A stretch of 63,992 nt of DNA, the filler included, from Basidioascus undulatus (taxonomy: Eukaryota): the NCBI GenBank assembly GCA_000826855.1. It is 4 parts of 4 records of this genome, joined end to end, with 100 filler letters (N's around TTAATTAATTAA, not from the genome) between each part and the next. Parts side by side here need not be neighbours in the genome. Positions count along the whole stretch, not along the records: positions 32,891 to 49,209 come from JTLS01000591.1; positions 49,310 to 63,992 come from JTLS01000704.1; 2 more parts are not named here. One strand, written 5' to 3'. The notes below the pieces were generated by a model. It saw nothing but the letters and a program-made list of their open reading frames with translations, was not told the origin of the DNA and did no database searches. The position numbers were made by a program, and so were the translations under genes. The number at the start of each line of letters is the position of its first letter. The stretch's first letter is position 1. Below are positions 41,236 to 54,047 of this stretch, one piece after another.

Positions 41236-41869
41236 GTCGTCGGTGAAGCCCATAGTGGGCGTCGCGCAGCGCGCTGCTTCCGCTGGCGCAATCCTCGAGG
41301 GTCTTGTCGCGCTTAGCGTCAGGTGCTACCCGAAATTCCAAAGGTCGTTGTACCCTTCGCCCCCCTTGATCAGGGATCTGCCGACACTTCGAGCGGTGCG
41401 AACATTCGACCGAGCCCGCGCGGTCGACGATTGCAGGAATCGGGCTATTTGCATTGCGCAGGTACGCCAAGGCATGATACACATTTGCGTTTGCCGGCCG
41501 AAGCCTACCTCATGCTTGCAGGCCGCGGCGGCGAAGGAAATGCAGCGTTTCTGGGCTGTTTGAGAGCTTGGTGCAGGTTGACGGGCGCTGTGCTGAGGGT
41601 CACTTCGATATGGGAGACGGTCGCTTGAGAATACATGCAGACTTAAATTTTTTTTTTTAGATCGCTGTGGCTTCGGCATTGTTTAGGCGATGCGGTTCGA
41701 AGACTGAAAATAAGAAACAAAGACAAGAAAAGACTGCGGTTTCCATTTCCTCGGTTGACCCGCGGTGCAGGCCGGCCACCTGCACTGCGCTCATGTCGCG
41801 TCGCACTTTCACTCTCACGTCAGTACACATCTCACGCGTCCTCTTTCCGCACCTCGATCGCACCGAATT

Positions 41870-44574
41870 ATGGCGGATGCCGTAGACGCCGCAGAGAAGG
41901 ATCGCCTCGAGAAGATCGCGCGCGCGAAGGCGCAGGTGAGCCCGCGGGCTGGCTGAGCGGGCACCCATGGCGTGCTGACCGCTGCGGCTTGCATTCCCAA
42001 ACAGCTCCGGAAGGCGCAGAACAAGAAGAAGGTCGGGAAGAAGGCGGGTTCGTCGAAGACTACAGACTCTCCGGCCGAGTCGATCAAGTCCCCTCCTGAG
42101 TCTGAGCGGGGCGACGTCGACGAGCCCAAGGGAGAGCCGGAAGTGCAGGCGGGCGAGGAGGGGTACGTTTAGGGAGCATGTTTCCTGGACGTCTGCAGCA
42201 GCTAACTCGTTCCGAATTGACAGTGCTGCTCCTGCCGAAGCCGAGGCTGCAGGTGCCGGCGACTCCGAGACCGTCGCTCCTCCAGGTGAATCCGCCAGCG
42301 CACCCACCGAGCCCGCTGATCCTGTATCTTCGACTGCACCCTCCACCACATCCCAACCGAACCTCTCTCCTTCCGCGACCACACCCGCTGTCCTCTCTCC
42401 GCCGACCTCGCTGTCTCCCTCCACCGTCCTCTCGCCGCTACCTGGCGCGCCTCCCCCATCGACCAGCTCACTCGAGGCGCTAATCCGGACGCAGCAGCAG
42501 ACCATCTCTGTCCTCGTCTCGGAGAAGGCGCACCTTTCCGGGCAAGTATCGGAGCTTGAGGAGCGCGCTGCCGATGCGGAGGAGGCACAGGAGCTCAAGT
42601 CGCGCGAGCAGGAGTTGCGGAGGAAGGTCGAGGAGCTGGAGAGCGATAGCGAGGAGAAGGAGAAGCAGCTGGCTGGAGTCAGGGAACGAGAGAAGGAGGC
42701 AGTGGAGAAGGCGAAGGATCTGGTAAGTCTTCCCTATCCTGTTCTGGGAATCTCGAAAGAGGCACACACTGAATGGAAGGCATCCGGCAGGAACGCGACC
42801 ACACTTCTCTTACCTCCACCCTCACCTCCCTCCGCACCCAAATCTCCTCGCAAGAAACGCTCATAGCGGACCTCACCGCACGCGCATCCGCCTCCGACCA
42901 AGTCGCCTCGCTCGAGAAGTCTCTTGCGGCGCAAGAAGCGCGCGCGACGTCGCTCGAGGCGGAGCTTGCAAAGCTCCGCAAGTCGCTCACGGAGACGCGC
43001 GCCGAGCGGGACTCGTCGAACGAGCTCGCTGATGCGCGTTCCGAGGAGCTCGAGCGTGTTCGCACCGCGTTTGAAGGGAGGGAGAAAGACCTCGAGGGCC
43101 TCAAGGCGTCCCTGGCGACGCGGACGACGGAGCGAGACGACTTGTCCGCCGAGCGCGACAAGCTCCAGTCTGAGCTCACCGAGCTCCGGACCGCTCACAC
43201 CGCCCTCCGCTCCGAGCACGACGAGCTCTCTTCGACCCACACGTCCACTCTGTCCAAGGTCTCCGCCGCGCAAGACGACCTCGCCGCGACGACGAAGCGT
43301 GCCGACTCGGCGGAGGCGAAGAAGGCCGAGCTGCAACGGGACAATGAGGGCCTGATCGTGAGCTTGGACGAGCTGCGGTCGAAGATCGTCGAGCTCAACG
43401 CGGACAAGGTCGCGCTCAGCGACGCGGCCGAGGAGACTGCGCGCGAGGCACGGCGAGCGGACGAGTCCCTTCGGGCGGAGCTCGAGGGGGTCCGTGCCGA
43501 ACTCGAAGCGCTCACGCGGGAGCGGGATACGATCCGGGCAGAGCTCGAGCAGCAATCGTCGCGGCTCGAGGCCGATCTCGCCACTGCCAACGACGAGAAG
43601 GCGCAGACCCGTGAGGAGCTCGCCGCTGCGCGCGCAAACCTGGAGGAGGTCGAGCGTCGTACGGGACAGCTCGAGCGCGACGCGGTGGAGTCGACGGTCG
43701 AGGCCGAGCGTCGCGCGGGGCAACTGCGTCGCGAGGCGGAGGAAGCGGGGGCTGAGGCCGAGCGGCGTGCGGCGACGATCACGGAGCTGGAGGAGCGCGT
43801 GCGCGCCGTCGAGGCGGACTGGGAAGGTAGGGTCAAGACGCTCGAGGAGGAGTGGCGAGGCCAGATCCATGCTGTGGAGGCGGAGCGGAATTCAAGAGTC
43901 AAGTCGCTCGAGGCGGAGCGAGACGCGGCCAAGGCCGCCGCTGCGGCGTCGTCGCCTGCGGAAGCGGCGTCTTCCGAGCTGGATACGCTGCAGCAGGTGT
44001 GTTACTGTGTCATTCCACCGTGTCACTCTGCCGAGGTGGGCTGACCCCCCGTCCGGTACTGCAGGCCCACGAGCTCGAGCTGTCTACCGCTCACTCCCGC
44101 ATTCGTTCCCTCGAAACCTCTCTCTTCGCCGCGGAGGACGCCTCCCATGCGCACCAGCGCCGCATCGCCGCTCTTGAAGATGACCTCGCAGCCGCTCAGC
44201 GGCGCGCCTCCCTACCTCCCTCTACCCCACCTGTCGCCCTTCCGCCCGCTTCCGACCCGATCGTGCCGCTACGGTCTTTCGGCGAACTTGTCCCCCCTGA
44301 AACGCGGCACAAGCGCCAACAGAGCCTTAACATGCTCAAGGCGCGCATCGAGGGCGAGGCGGGCCTGCCTCCGCCGCTCAAGAGCCCGCGCAGCCCCCTC
44401 CCTTCCATCGGAGAGGAGAATGGGAAGCGAGCTACGGCGGCGGTTGCGGCGGCGGCGGTACCCGAGTCGCAGAAGGCGGGGCTGCCGCGCCGCAGCCAGT
44501 TCGGGGACGACGCGCTGTTCTGGTGCGCTGCGTGTGAGGAGGACGGAGGCGGCGCGGATCTCATTGTGCTGTGA
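41870..44574 (+). CDS. Long coiled-coil protein, GM130/Bug1-like golgin
   Basis: Basic N-terminus 'RLEKIARAKAQ|LRKAQNKKKVGKK', several hundred residues of E/A/L/R heptad coiled coil, and C-terminal 'FWCAACEEDGGGADLIVL*'. Confidence 0.6.
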
Positions 44575-44898
44575 TGCATACGTGGGTTTGCTAGCATGGA
44601 CATTGCATTCTGCATTCGAGATTGCCTTCGCAGGCGATAGCCCTGCGCTGCATATCCGTCTGGCGAAGGATGTCAGACAGCGATAGGCGAGCGAAACTAC
44701 CAGCAACCCTTTTCCACTTAATTCAGCCTCACTCTCTCGCTTTTAGTGGACAACCCTAATGCTTCCTTGCTGGTGCTTTCTGTACGCCGAGCTCGAAAGA
44801 ATCATGCCCTCATTCGCTGCGGGTGTCGCAGCTTGACGATACGACTAAATGCAGGTCTCTCGACTTTCCATTTCTCATCCCATTACTTCAGAATAAGT

Positions 44899-46678
44899 CT
44901 ATTGTGTCCGCGTCCTCAACCACCATGTTAGAACCCAAGAAAACACCCTCAACAACCCGATCACCCATGCACCGAGGAACGCCAGCCGACCGCGCCCTCC
45001 CAGCCATTCCCACCCTGCGTACGTGAGTTCAACCCAAAGCCGCAGCTCCGGGTCCGTCTTGCGCCCAAGCGAGAGCCTGCGCAGCTGCAACTCGTGCCAC
45101 TTCGTAACGATCGTGCCGCCCAAGATGCGGATACGCATGACGCGTCTGAGCTGCTTCTCGCCGCGAATCATGTACGGCGGACTGACGCCGTCCGAGGAAG
45201 GGTCGAGAAAGGTGGTTCTCGGCAACGACGGGTAGACGCACGACGGGCGGCCGACTCCTACTAGGTCGGCGGAGTGCGATCGCAGGACGGACGCCATGAC
45301 GGATCGGCTTCGAAGGCCGCCGGTGAGCATGATGGCGAGCTTGGAAGAAGGCGGGAGGGCTGAACGAGCACGCTGTGCGAACTCAAGCTACACGAATTTT
45401 CTGTGAATACTTCTAATTTTGGGAAGGGGGTGAATTAGGTAGATTGACGCACGAAGAAAGCTTCTCGCCACTCCGTTCTCGTCATCGTCCCCGTCGGCGC
45501 CTTGCCAGCGGCATCGTCGCCGTCAAGGAATTCTGTCCCTGAGGCGTGAGCCACCAACCAGTTGTCGGCATGAAGTAACGTACGGGGATTGGTGTAGTTG
45601 CCGCCGCTGACTTCAACGAAATCCACGCCTCCCATCTCGTCTATCCAGCGCACGTGTTCGAGCGCTTCGTCCTCAGTCAAGCCACCGTCGACGTAGTCGG
45701 CAGCGTTGAGCTTGACCCCGACGCAGAATTCGGCACCGCACGTATCCCGAATGACAGAGACGATCTGTGAGAGGAGGAGAAGACGCCCGCGCGGTGTTGC
45801 CCCGTATTCATCTGTACGGCGGTTTGTCTGAGAAGTAGAGCATTAGCCGTCGGCGAGGGGCCAGAAATGCGAAACGGGGCCTTGCCATCGGCGACATGAA
45901 CTGCGCCAGGAGGTCTGAGCCGGTGCGTCAGCAAATTATACCTACGTACGCCAGATGAGAGAACGAACATCCATGTGCGGCGTGTAGCTGGACGCCCTTG
46001 AATCCCGTCTTCCACGCCAGCTCCGCGGCACGCCGAAAGTGGTTGACCACCTCGTCTACATCGCGCTGGTCCATCGCCCGAGGTGTGCCCATCGCGACCC
46101 TCGCGATGACATCCGACATCACGCTCTCGCCAACGCGAAGCGGCACGGCGCTCGCGCTGACGCAGGGCGACCACGGAGGGCGGACCATGCACCGGCACGA
46201 CTGCCTGCCCGGGTGGTTGAGCTGCACGAGCGCCGGCGCTCCGCCCTTCTGGGCAGCTTCGGCCAAACCTCGCCACGCTACAAGCGCCGCGGGGTCCGTG
46301 AGATCGGAGTCACGGATGGCGAGGTCGAACGGGAGACCGAGATGGCGCGGATCGACCATGCAGTTGCCTGGTAAGAAGTGTGAGTCAGGGTCTTCGACGA
46401 GTGCAAGTATGGGACGGACCGGTGATTATCAAACCCCACCCGCCTTCCGCCCATTGCCAATATAGACGACCGTGTAGCTGATTAGGGGGTCCACCCCCGA
46501 GCGACGACATGCCCTCCTCCATCGCGGCCTAACGAACGTTGAGCCGTAAGCCAGCTGCGCGTCGAGCGAAAGCATTGATGACACGAGCCTTTACGAGTCG
46601 ATTTGGCAGCGTCAAGCCGCATGCGAGGGTTAGTGGTTCAGAGAGCAAGTTAACGTCAGCGTCAGGTGGGGGAGACAT
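44899..46678 (-). CDS. NADH:flavin oxidoreductase, old yellow enzyme (Oxidored_FMN) family
   Basis: 'LSEPLTLACGLTLPNRLVKA|AMEEG', 'GNCMVDPRHLG', 'VQLNHPGRQS', 'GFKGVQLHAAHG', 'TNRRTDEYG', 'GVKLNAADY', 'VDFVEVSGGNY', 'MLTGGLRS' and 'DLVGVGRP'. Confidence 0.92.
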
Positions 46679-47191
46679 GATGATGGTCAAAGCGAAAGGA
46701 CGTGAGCGCGGCGTCCCTGGCTTTTGAAGCCCTGGGCCACATCGCGTGGGGCACAAAAAACAAAAAGGAATGTCGCCAAGCAGGAACATCACACAAAAAA
46801 GAAAAAAAAACCCTTTCTTATTATGAAGTATGATCAAGTTCGACTTGAATTGTGCTCACCCAAGGTAATCTAACGAGAAGGCTGAAGATATATCATATGA
46901 ACGTGAAAGCCATGTCCGCTCCCAGCCAGTTTTTGCGTCAAGATGCTTGACCAGCTGCGCCTGAGTCGGTCCAAGTACGCTTTTCTGGGGCTGAAATTCA
47001 GATAAATGCCGAGCTTGCCAAGGAAAAGACGGTTGGAAGTCATGCCACCCGCTTACAGAGTCGTAGCCGCAAGGAACGCGGCGTGCTTGAAACTGGCTCC
47101 TGTACGTAAACTGACTTAAACGCTTATATTGTCTGAGTGTTGGGAAGTAGCATGCAATCGTGGTCTTTGCCACACGCACTTCGCTTCATAA

Positions 47192-48366
47192 TCATCGACA
47201 TTCATGCGTCCAAGCGTCCCCAAGCTCAGCCCGCAGCCTCTTCCAAGACTCCACCGCGCGGTTCGCATTTGTCCTCGGCAAGTCCTCCCTCGGGTCTGCG
47301 AGCTCGTTGTTAAACACCTCGAAGCTGACCCATCCCCGCCAGCCGATCTCGTGGAAGAGGACCTTGGCGACATCCGTGACGGGCAGGAACCCGCCGCGGT
47401 CGTACTCGCACGGGAACAGCCTGCTCGACCTCGACCAGCTCATCCGCGGCTTCTGTCCCTCGGTGTACAGCTCGTGCCCTGGAACGATGGGCGACTTGAG
47501 GCGCGCGCCGTCGCACAGCTGGATGTAGAACGTCTTTTCGCGCAGGCCGGGCGTGCTCGCGAGCTCCCGCAAGCTCTCGCCGAGCGCCGCGTCCGCCTTG
47601 GCCTTGTCGTCGAACTCGATGAGCGAGGGGGTGGACGGGTCTGCCCAGACGCGCGAGAGAATCTGGAACGAGTCGAGGACGTGCCCTACGTTCGGCAGGT
47701 TCACCCGCTCCACGACACGGTAGACGTCCTGCCACGTGTCGCGGTGCGCGCCCCACGACATGGTCTCGTACGCGATGCGCACAGGCGGGTCCTGAGCGGC
47801 GGCGAGCTGTCCGAGTTCCGTGAGGTCCCTAACGAGGGTGTCCTCGTCGCCGGTGGTGCCCTCGCTCAGCATCTGGTGGCAGGTTATCTTCAGCGAGTGA
47901 GCTTAGGAAGATGGGAAAAGGTTGTACCCACGTTGGTCGGTACCTGGATCATGTCGCTCCCCAGGATCTTCACCAGCTTGAAGAAGAGCTTAGCCTTCTC
48001 GATCCCCGCCGCGCGTGCAGCGTGATCGAGCAAGCCGTCGAAGTTGATGAGCGGCTGGAGGTTCAAGACGTAGAGGCCGAGCTCGTCGCACAGCGCGCGG
48101 ATCTCCTCCGCTGCTGCGACCCAGTACTGGTCGTTCACCTCGTCGACACCGGCGAGCAAGCCCTTGCCTGCCGCGGGATCGAGGCCTGCCCGCTCGCGGG
48201 CGAGAAAGACCACGTCCTCCCAGAAGACTTCGATCCCCTTGATCCCCGCCGCCGCTGCGGCGCGCAGCTTCGTTGGGAGGGAATGGACCCACGCTCTCCC
48301 GAGCGTCATGGACGGGATGGCGAGAGGAAGATGGCCGAGGGGCGTGGAGGGATCGAGGAGACCCAT
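47192..48366 (-). CDS. qutC: 3-dehydroshikimate dehydratase (QutC/Qa-4 type, xylose-isomerase-like TIM barrel)
   Basis: 'LAIPSMTLGRAWVHSLPTKLRAAAAAGIKGIEVFWED', 'LQPLINFDG', 'RIAYETMSWG', 'LDSFQI', 'FYIQLCDG', 'PRMSWSRSSRLFPCE..GGFLPV' and 'GWVSFEVFN'. One intron. Confidence 0.82.
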
Positions 48367-49017
48367 CTGAGCGTCGAGTGCGGATGAAAGCGGAGGTCAG
48401 CTCCTGGGAACAAGGCGTAGCGTGAGACTTGCCTTACGATGAAGGTGTTTCCTTTACAAGGTAATGTTATTGCGGACGATGGTGTAAGACGGAGAGAGGA
48501 CAGTGGTGAACGAGGAAGGTCAAAGAGTGAGAAACGATCCTCCGCTTCGCAGTTGCAGCCGGGCCGGTGCACCGATTGTGCCGCTTCCAGATCGCACAAG
48601 GAATGCGCCACGCCCCTAGCCAAGTCTGTGCACCTGATCAACGCAATTGTGATAAAATACAATTCATGAAGTTGTGAGTACCTTGTTCGTGTGGGGCAGT
48701 GTGGTGGTACATTGAGCGTGCAGGTGTGTACAAACAGCACGTCGGACTGCTGCAGGTCGCCGGTATGCAACTGCTTTTCTCTGGATAGCAACTTAAAGAA
48801 ACACTATTCTGGCTGTGGATGAAACTAACACATGAAGACAGTTATACGTCACAAAGTCGTTCTCAGGCAGCGCGTTGCGGTCGCAGCACTTCGTGTGGGC
48901 GAACGACGTTCCACCCGGTCTGCGCATATTGCCCAAATCAATTCTTAGCGATCGCATTGTCAATTTTTGTCACAGAACTCTGGTCTAATCTGAAGCAAGG
49001 AAGGGGGTATTATCCTT

Positions 49018-49209
49018 CTAGATGCGCTCGGCAATCTTGATCAGGTCCGAGACGACGCCCATGGCGGTGACGTCCGCGCCGGCACCGGCGCCCTGCACGA
49101 TGAGCGGGCGCGGGCCGTAGCGCGCGGTATGGAAGAGAAGGATGTTGTCGGGGAGAAGGTCGGGATTGCGTAGGAATGGGAGGAGGTGTTTGATGGCCGG
49201 ATCATGGTC
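49018..49209 (-). CDS. HOM6: Homoserine dehydrogenase C-terminal fragment at contig edge
   Basis: 'DNILLFHTARYGPRPLIVQGAGAGADVTAMGVVSDLIKIAERI*'. The frame is open to the contig end. Confidence 0.8.
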   Translation of the reverse strand, partial: DHDPAIKHLLPFLRNPDLLPDNILLFHTARYGPRPLIVQGAGAGADVTAMGVVSDLIKIAERI

Positions 49210-49309
49210 NNNNNNNNNNNNNNNNNNNNNNNNNNNNNNNNNNNNNNNNNNNNTTAATTAATTAANNNNNNNNNNNNNNNNNNNNNNNNNNNNNNNNNNN
49301 NNNNNNNNN
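49210..49309. other. Artificial contig-joining spacer
   Basis: 44 N + TTAATTAATTAA + 44 N. Confidence 0.98.
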
Positions 49310-50396
49310 GTGCGGTGGGGAAGGTGGGGGTGGGGGAAGTGCAGAGATGAAGTGTGTTGGGATTCTTTTCGATTTTTCATCGTCGCAGTTGAAGGTTACT
49401 GGAGATGCATCTGGCTGTTTAATCGATTACCTGGACGCGCGCGCCGATGAGGGGCAAGCTGTCGGCGTTGCGCTCGCCAAGGCGAAAGAGACTGCAGTCT
49501 TGTAGCTGTGGACCGTACGACAATATCGTGATGGCGGCTCTATGTGTAAGCTACAGAAACGCCGGCACGGCGAATTTGGAGACCGCTGTTGGGTCGCGCA
49601 GCACAGCAGCTGTCGCTGCATACACTGACACAAATAGCCAGTCTGGCACTTGAACCGCTGGCTTTGGTATTTTCACTCAAAAGGGCTACCTATCAAGCCG
49701 CTGCCAGCCCACACCGAGGAAGCTCAGTCGGGCTCGTTCGTTGGACATGGCGCGCCCCCGCCACGACGTTGACCTTCGCATCAACGTCGTTCGAGGCTGC
49801 CGCAGCGCAAGCACAAGACATTGTATACTAGCCCATCTGGACCAATTAGATCGACCGGAAGTACTGCCCGAATATTGCACGTCTTCCGACGCTTTTCGCC
49901 TCGGCAGCAGCCTTTTCCTCGCCGGCAACGTCTTGCTCGCGTTCGGGTGGACAGGCCCGCTGATAAACTGACTCAGGTAACGCTGTTTCACTGGGTACGT
50001 TGAATAGTCAGGCAGACTTCTTCAAGTCGCCCACCGCCTCGGATCACCGTGCCCTACTTACGGCACTTCTCGCTGACCTTGGATCGCGGGCATAAGTTTA
50101 CCTCATCACGGAGCAGGGGCACCAAGGTATCCTCGGTTTTTCAAGATGGGTCAGATAAAACACGTTTCCGTGAGTTGCGCAGAAGGAAAGAGCATGGCCG
50201 GGTGGGCTGCCCAGCGATGCAGGGGCACGCGCTATGCAGGGAGACGACTCGGAATTTCTGACTACCCGTTTGACGCCCGGCCCATCTGATTTTCAGTTGC
50301 CACTTGCGCAGACCGATTGGACCCTCTTGAAAGACAGTGCCCGCATCTTGTAGAGCCTCTGCACGGCAAACCACAACAGTGACCAGCAAGGTAACA

Positions 50397-51630
50397 TCAG
50401 AGCAGCATCCTACGTGGGAGAAAGGTAGCTATACATTTAGTCACGCCGAATGTCAATTCGAAAATACGAATCGGAGCCACTAATGGCCTCGTGTTCAGAA
50501 TCAGATGCCAGCCCCGATGCTCCGGAAAAAACTCCATCTCCTTTTCAATCTCCTGATTGTAGATTTCGTAAACCTGCTCTCCCAAGTGCTATCCTTCTCG
50601 ATCGACCCAACGTCAGGCTGGAAGAGACTCCAACTCCCTTCTTCGACTGCCGTATCAAGGTCTACGGCATCTAACAGACTTTATCGAGATCTTCATCGTC
50701 TTAAAGGCCAGTAAATCGCCTTCGTTGAGGTGCCCTATCGAGGATCGGGACGGCCCCTGCGGAGGCCATTTCCTCTCCGATGAAATAGTCGTAATCCAGC
50801 GTCAGGTCCTCGAGATAAGGGACGCCACGCTGGAAATCAGCGACGACCGTATTCGCACCATTCTCGTACTCGTTCAAGCTAGGAGAATCGAGGTAGTCGT
50901 GTCCGACCAAGAGATGTAAGCAGTAAATGCGCGAGAGATCGAGGGTGTCTCCGACTTCCGAGACCATGTTGAGCGGGACACGGTGCAAGTGGCGGACATC
51001 CGCCAGGCCAGAGAAGAGTTCGGGAGTTCCAAGAGAAGGACTATGCAGAGCATTGAAGGAAGAGAGCTTGGGCATGTTTAGTATGGCCTTTTGGGAGTCG
51101 GTCCAAAGCTTCCTGTCTCCGTGCAAGCTGAGGGAGCGTTGCCGCGTCGTCTCAGCCGAGAGAAGGGATAGCAGAAACGCAAAGAGCTCACAGGTACATA
51201 GCAACTTTTGTCTAACACCAAGCCCCGTATAATGAGCTCCTCAATGCCTTCGGCACGCAGGGGCTCGGCGGTGATATTGTTGATCACCTCGTGCGAAGTC
51301 GGCAGCCACATTTTCAGATCGAGGGTTTCAGGGAACGCTGCTCCGGAGGCTTTAGATCCATAGAAACGATGAAATGCAGGAGGGCGAAAGCGGCCCCGAG
51401 AGCGGTTTGTGAGCGAGGCGTCGAACGCTTCAGGCTGCTGAGGATGTGACCGGACGTGCGACAGCGAGAACCCTCGAAAAGAAAACCCTGGAAGAGAGAG
51501 CGATCGAGGGTCGCACGGCCTGAGGAGCGATTGGAAGCATGTTGTGCTGGGTCGAGCTGGTTGAGTAAGGAGTGTATATGTGGGGATGAAGAAAGTGTGG
51601 GAGGAAGAGAGCGTTGCAAGCAACTGCTCA
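50397..51630 (-). pseudogene. Fragmented hypothetical gene, possibly F-box/LRR-like
   Basis: Consecutive minus-strand ORFs in shifting frames with LRR-like strands ('IEELIIRG', 'MPKLSSF', 'VPYLEDLTLDY', 'RLFQPDVG'). No clean splicing solution found. Confidence 0.3.
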
Positions 51631-51974
51631 ACGGGGTGAGGACAAAGGCCTGACCGCCGCGACTGAAAGGGGAGAGCGACTCGCTGAAGTGGCTTGCTAC
51701 AACTTCCTTAAGTTCCTTGTGCCTATAAATCCGATACGCATGCTTGTTGCAGTCCCATTCACCTGGTCCAAAAACGATGGGAAACGGCCGAGGCGACGCG
51801 CCTGTTGGCTGTCCTTCGGGCTTCAGCGCCAGAAAGGGGGGAATTCCAAGCAAGTATGTAGCTAATGAGATTTCGGTTGTTCTTGTACAAGCACTACTGA
51901 AATATAGGCACACGTTCAAAGAGCATACATACGTGATATACCATGATGAGTAGCACTGAGAAAAAGCTTTAGTT

Positions 51975-52063
51975 CTCTCCTTAGCTCAGTTGGAAGAGCG
52001 CGAGACTGTAATGTCAAACTTCAGATCATCTTGAGGTCCCTGGTTCGATCCCGGGAGGGGAGA
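51975..52063 (+). tRNA. tRNA-Tyr(GTA) with 16-nt canonical intron (52012-52027)
   Basis: Acceptor stem CTCTCCT/AGGGGAG with C1:G72 and A73. D arm GCTC..GAGC, anticodon stem CGAGA/TCTTG around CT-GTA-A, T arm CCTGG-TTCGATC-CCGGG. Followed by a T-run Pol III terminator. Confidence 0.96.
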
Positions 52064-52071
52064 TTTTTTTT
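52064..52071 (+). terminator. RNA polymerase III poly-T terminator
   Basis: T8 immediately after the tRNA discriminator base. Confidence 0.85.
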
Positions 52072-52559
52072 GCTTCTTCCTTTCCGCCAAGGCGGATTTG
52101 CTCACTTAATCCCGCAAGGCAGCCTTTTGCTTGCTTGCTTGGTGTATTGGTGTTCAAGGCTGCCCGTTGCTTAGCCTGCCTGCCTCTGTCTGGCACATGG
52201 CCGTTTGCAGTGTGCCTGTGGCGATGGTTCGTTCACATGTCACGGTTGAAAAGCCAACACATTGTTCATAAGTCCAGGGTGGTAGCCCTCAATCTTGCTC
52301 ATTTCTTGCGAGCCAACAGGACAGGTTTATGAGAGGCACTCCTAGCAAGACAAGACAAGGGAAATTAATGCTCCGAGGCCGTGTCACTGCAACACTCAGA
52401 AGTACAGGCCCACCTTGACTCCAAGGAGCTTCAGTCATACTCAAAGTCCGAGGAGAACAGATTTCTTTAGTCACTGCTTCTCCCTCCGCCCTTATTGGAA
52501 TCATAGACTCACTGTCTGATTACCTCGTCCGGCCGATATTGCGCCACTGTGACAGTCCG

Positions 52560-54047
52560 TGTAATCAAGGACTTGAGCTTCATATGCTCCTCAACCAGGG
52601 TTTGATATGCGGAGAGGCCCATGTGCTACACGTCAACAGTCTTGACTGTTTTTAACGGCTGTTTGGCTGCGAGGGCAAGTGCAGCTGTGCCCGCGTGCGT
52701 CTGTTCGTATCCGCAGTGGGCAATCTTGCTGTAAACCTTGACAGAAACCAATGGGTCGTGTTTGTCCGCAACGTGGAGAACTTCGATGCAGCCTTGGCGT
52801 CGTCTTCCAGCACGTTGTTGACCTCGTCGGGGTCGAACAGGCTCAGAAACCGCTTCAGCATTGCCAAAGTCTCCTGCACCTTGACGGGCTGTTAGGAGGG
52901 CTGTCTGGTTGACCCAGAGATAGCATGTCCATGAAGACGAGGGAGTGCAATCTCAGCATGTCCGGCGAAACCTAGAACACGACGTTGCCGGAGGAGAGAA
53001 GCGCGCCGACGCTCTCGTCGGCAAAGTCTGGATGAACCGTTGCCGACATCTTCTTGAATGGACGGGTAAGTCTTATAGGAACGCAGGGCATATGGTCTTC
53101 CGGGAAGCGAGATGGTGAGAGTTGCGTTCCGACTTTGATCGTAAATTGTTGGGCTGCTCAGACTACTCCGTTCCGGATCAGTACAGGCAAGACCTTGTCG
53201 CCGTCCCGCTTCTTGTGGGGAATTGCTTGGTCAAAATGAATGTTTGAGCAGATGAGATTATCAAGATAAAACTACTTAGAGAAGGTCACGAAGCTGAAAG
53301 CCGTCCTCGTTACAGAGCGCAACGTCGTGTCGTTTCCCTCGCCAATAGAACCGGGTGGATGCAAGAATCACTAAGAATACTTATTTAACATCTCCTGCAG
53401 AGTGGAGAAGCAAAGTGGTTCCAAGCTCGCGAAAGCCATCAAGATGGGCCGTGTGTTGATCGAAAGAGCTCTCAAACGTTCGAATGGACTAGCCTTGTGT
53501 TGTGCACAGAGTCGAGCTCAACATGAAGGTGTTCCAGGGACGGGCAGGTCGCCGAAAGGACTGCCAGTGTGTGCAGCCCGACCAGTAACCATAGGGGAGA
53601 CGCAAATCGGGCTCGAAAACTCGCATGTGTGATGATTGGGGAGCAAGAAATGACAATAGGGAGGTTGGTATTGTCGAGAAATGGAAGGTAGCGACCGTCT
53701 CCTGCTGCTGCCTGGCGCTGATAGCGAGAATGTGGATGTGCTCACGGACGGATGCGCCACAAAGGTGAGACGAGCGAAGCGTCCTGAAGAGTATCTCAAT
53801 TGAGTCCATGTCATGAAGCACGATGAAGTCATAGAGGTTGCGCTGCCTGATGTCCTTCCCAGATACCCACTCTGCTCAGCTCACTGATATGCACCATTGG
53901 ACCAACTGGACATACGACAGGGCCCTTGCAAAGGAGAGCCAAGCTATTCTTGGTGCGGAGATCGATGTCGTCTAAGCCAAGAGCTGCCAAGTCATAGATG
54001 CAGGTGAGGATTTCGGTGGGAACAAGTCTGAGACCTCTGGAGTTCAT
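52560..54047 (-). pseudogene. Decayed F-box-like gene
   Basis: Starts 'MNSRGLRLVPTEILTCIYDLA..SLALLCK' (F-box-like), then broken frames ('LRTLRSSHLCGASVREHIHIL') with stops. Confidence 0.4.

Noticed and set aside
42734..43932. Long antisense ORFs (378 and 245 aa) opposite the golgin, and similar ones opposite other genes
   Set aside because: Shadow ORFs caused by high GC3 codon bias, with no protein-like features.
16364..49309. Three identical palindromic TTAATTAATTAA motifs spaced ~16.4 kb apart
   Set aside because: Each sits in the centre of 44 N + 44 N, so they are artificial stop-codon spacers. The regular spacing reflects contigs sorted by length (16,327 and 16,319 bp).
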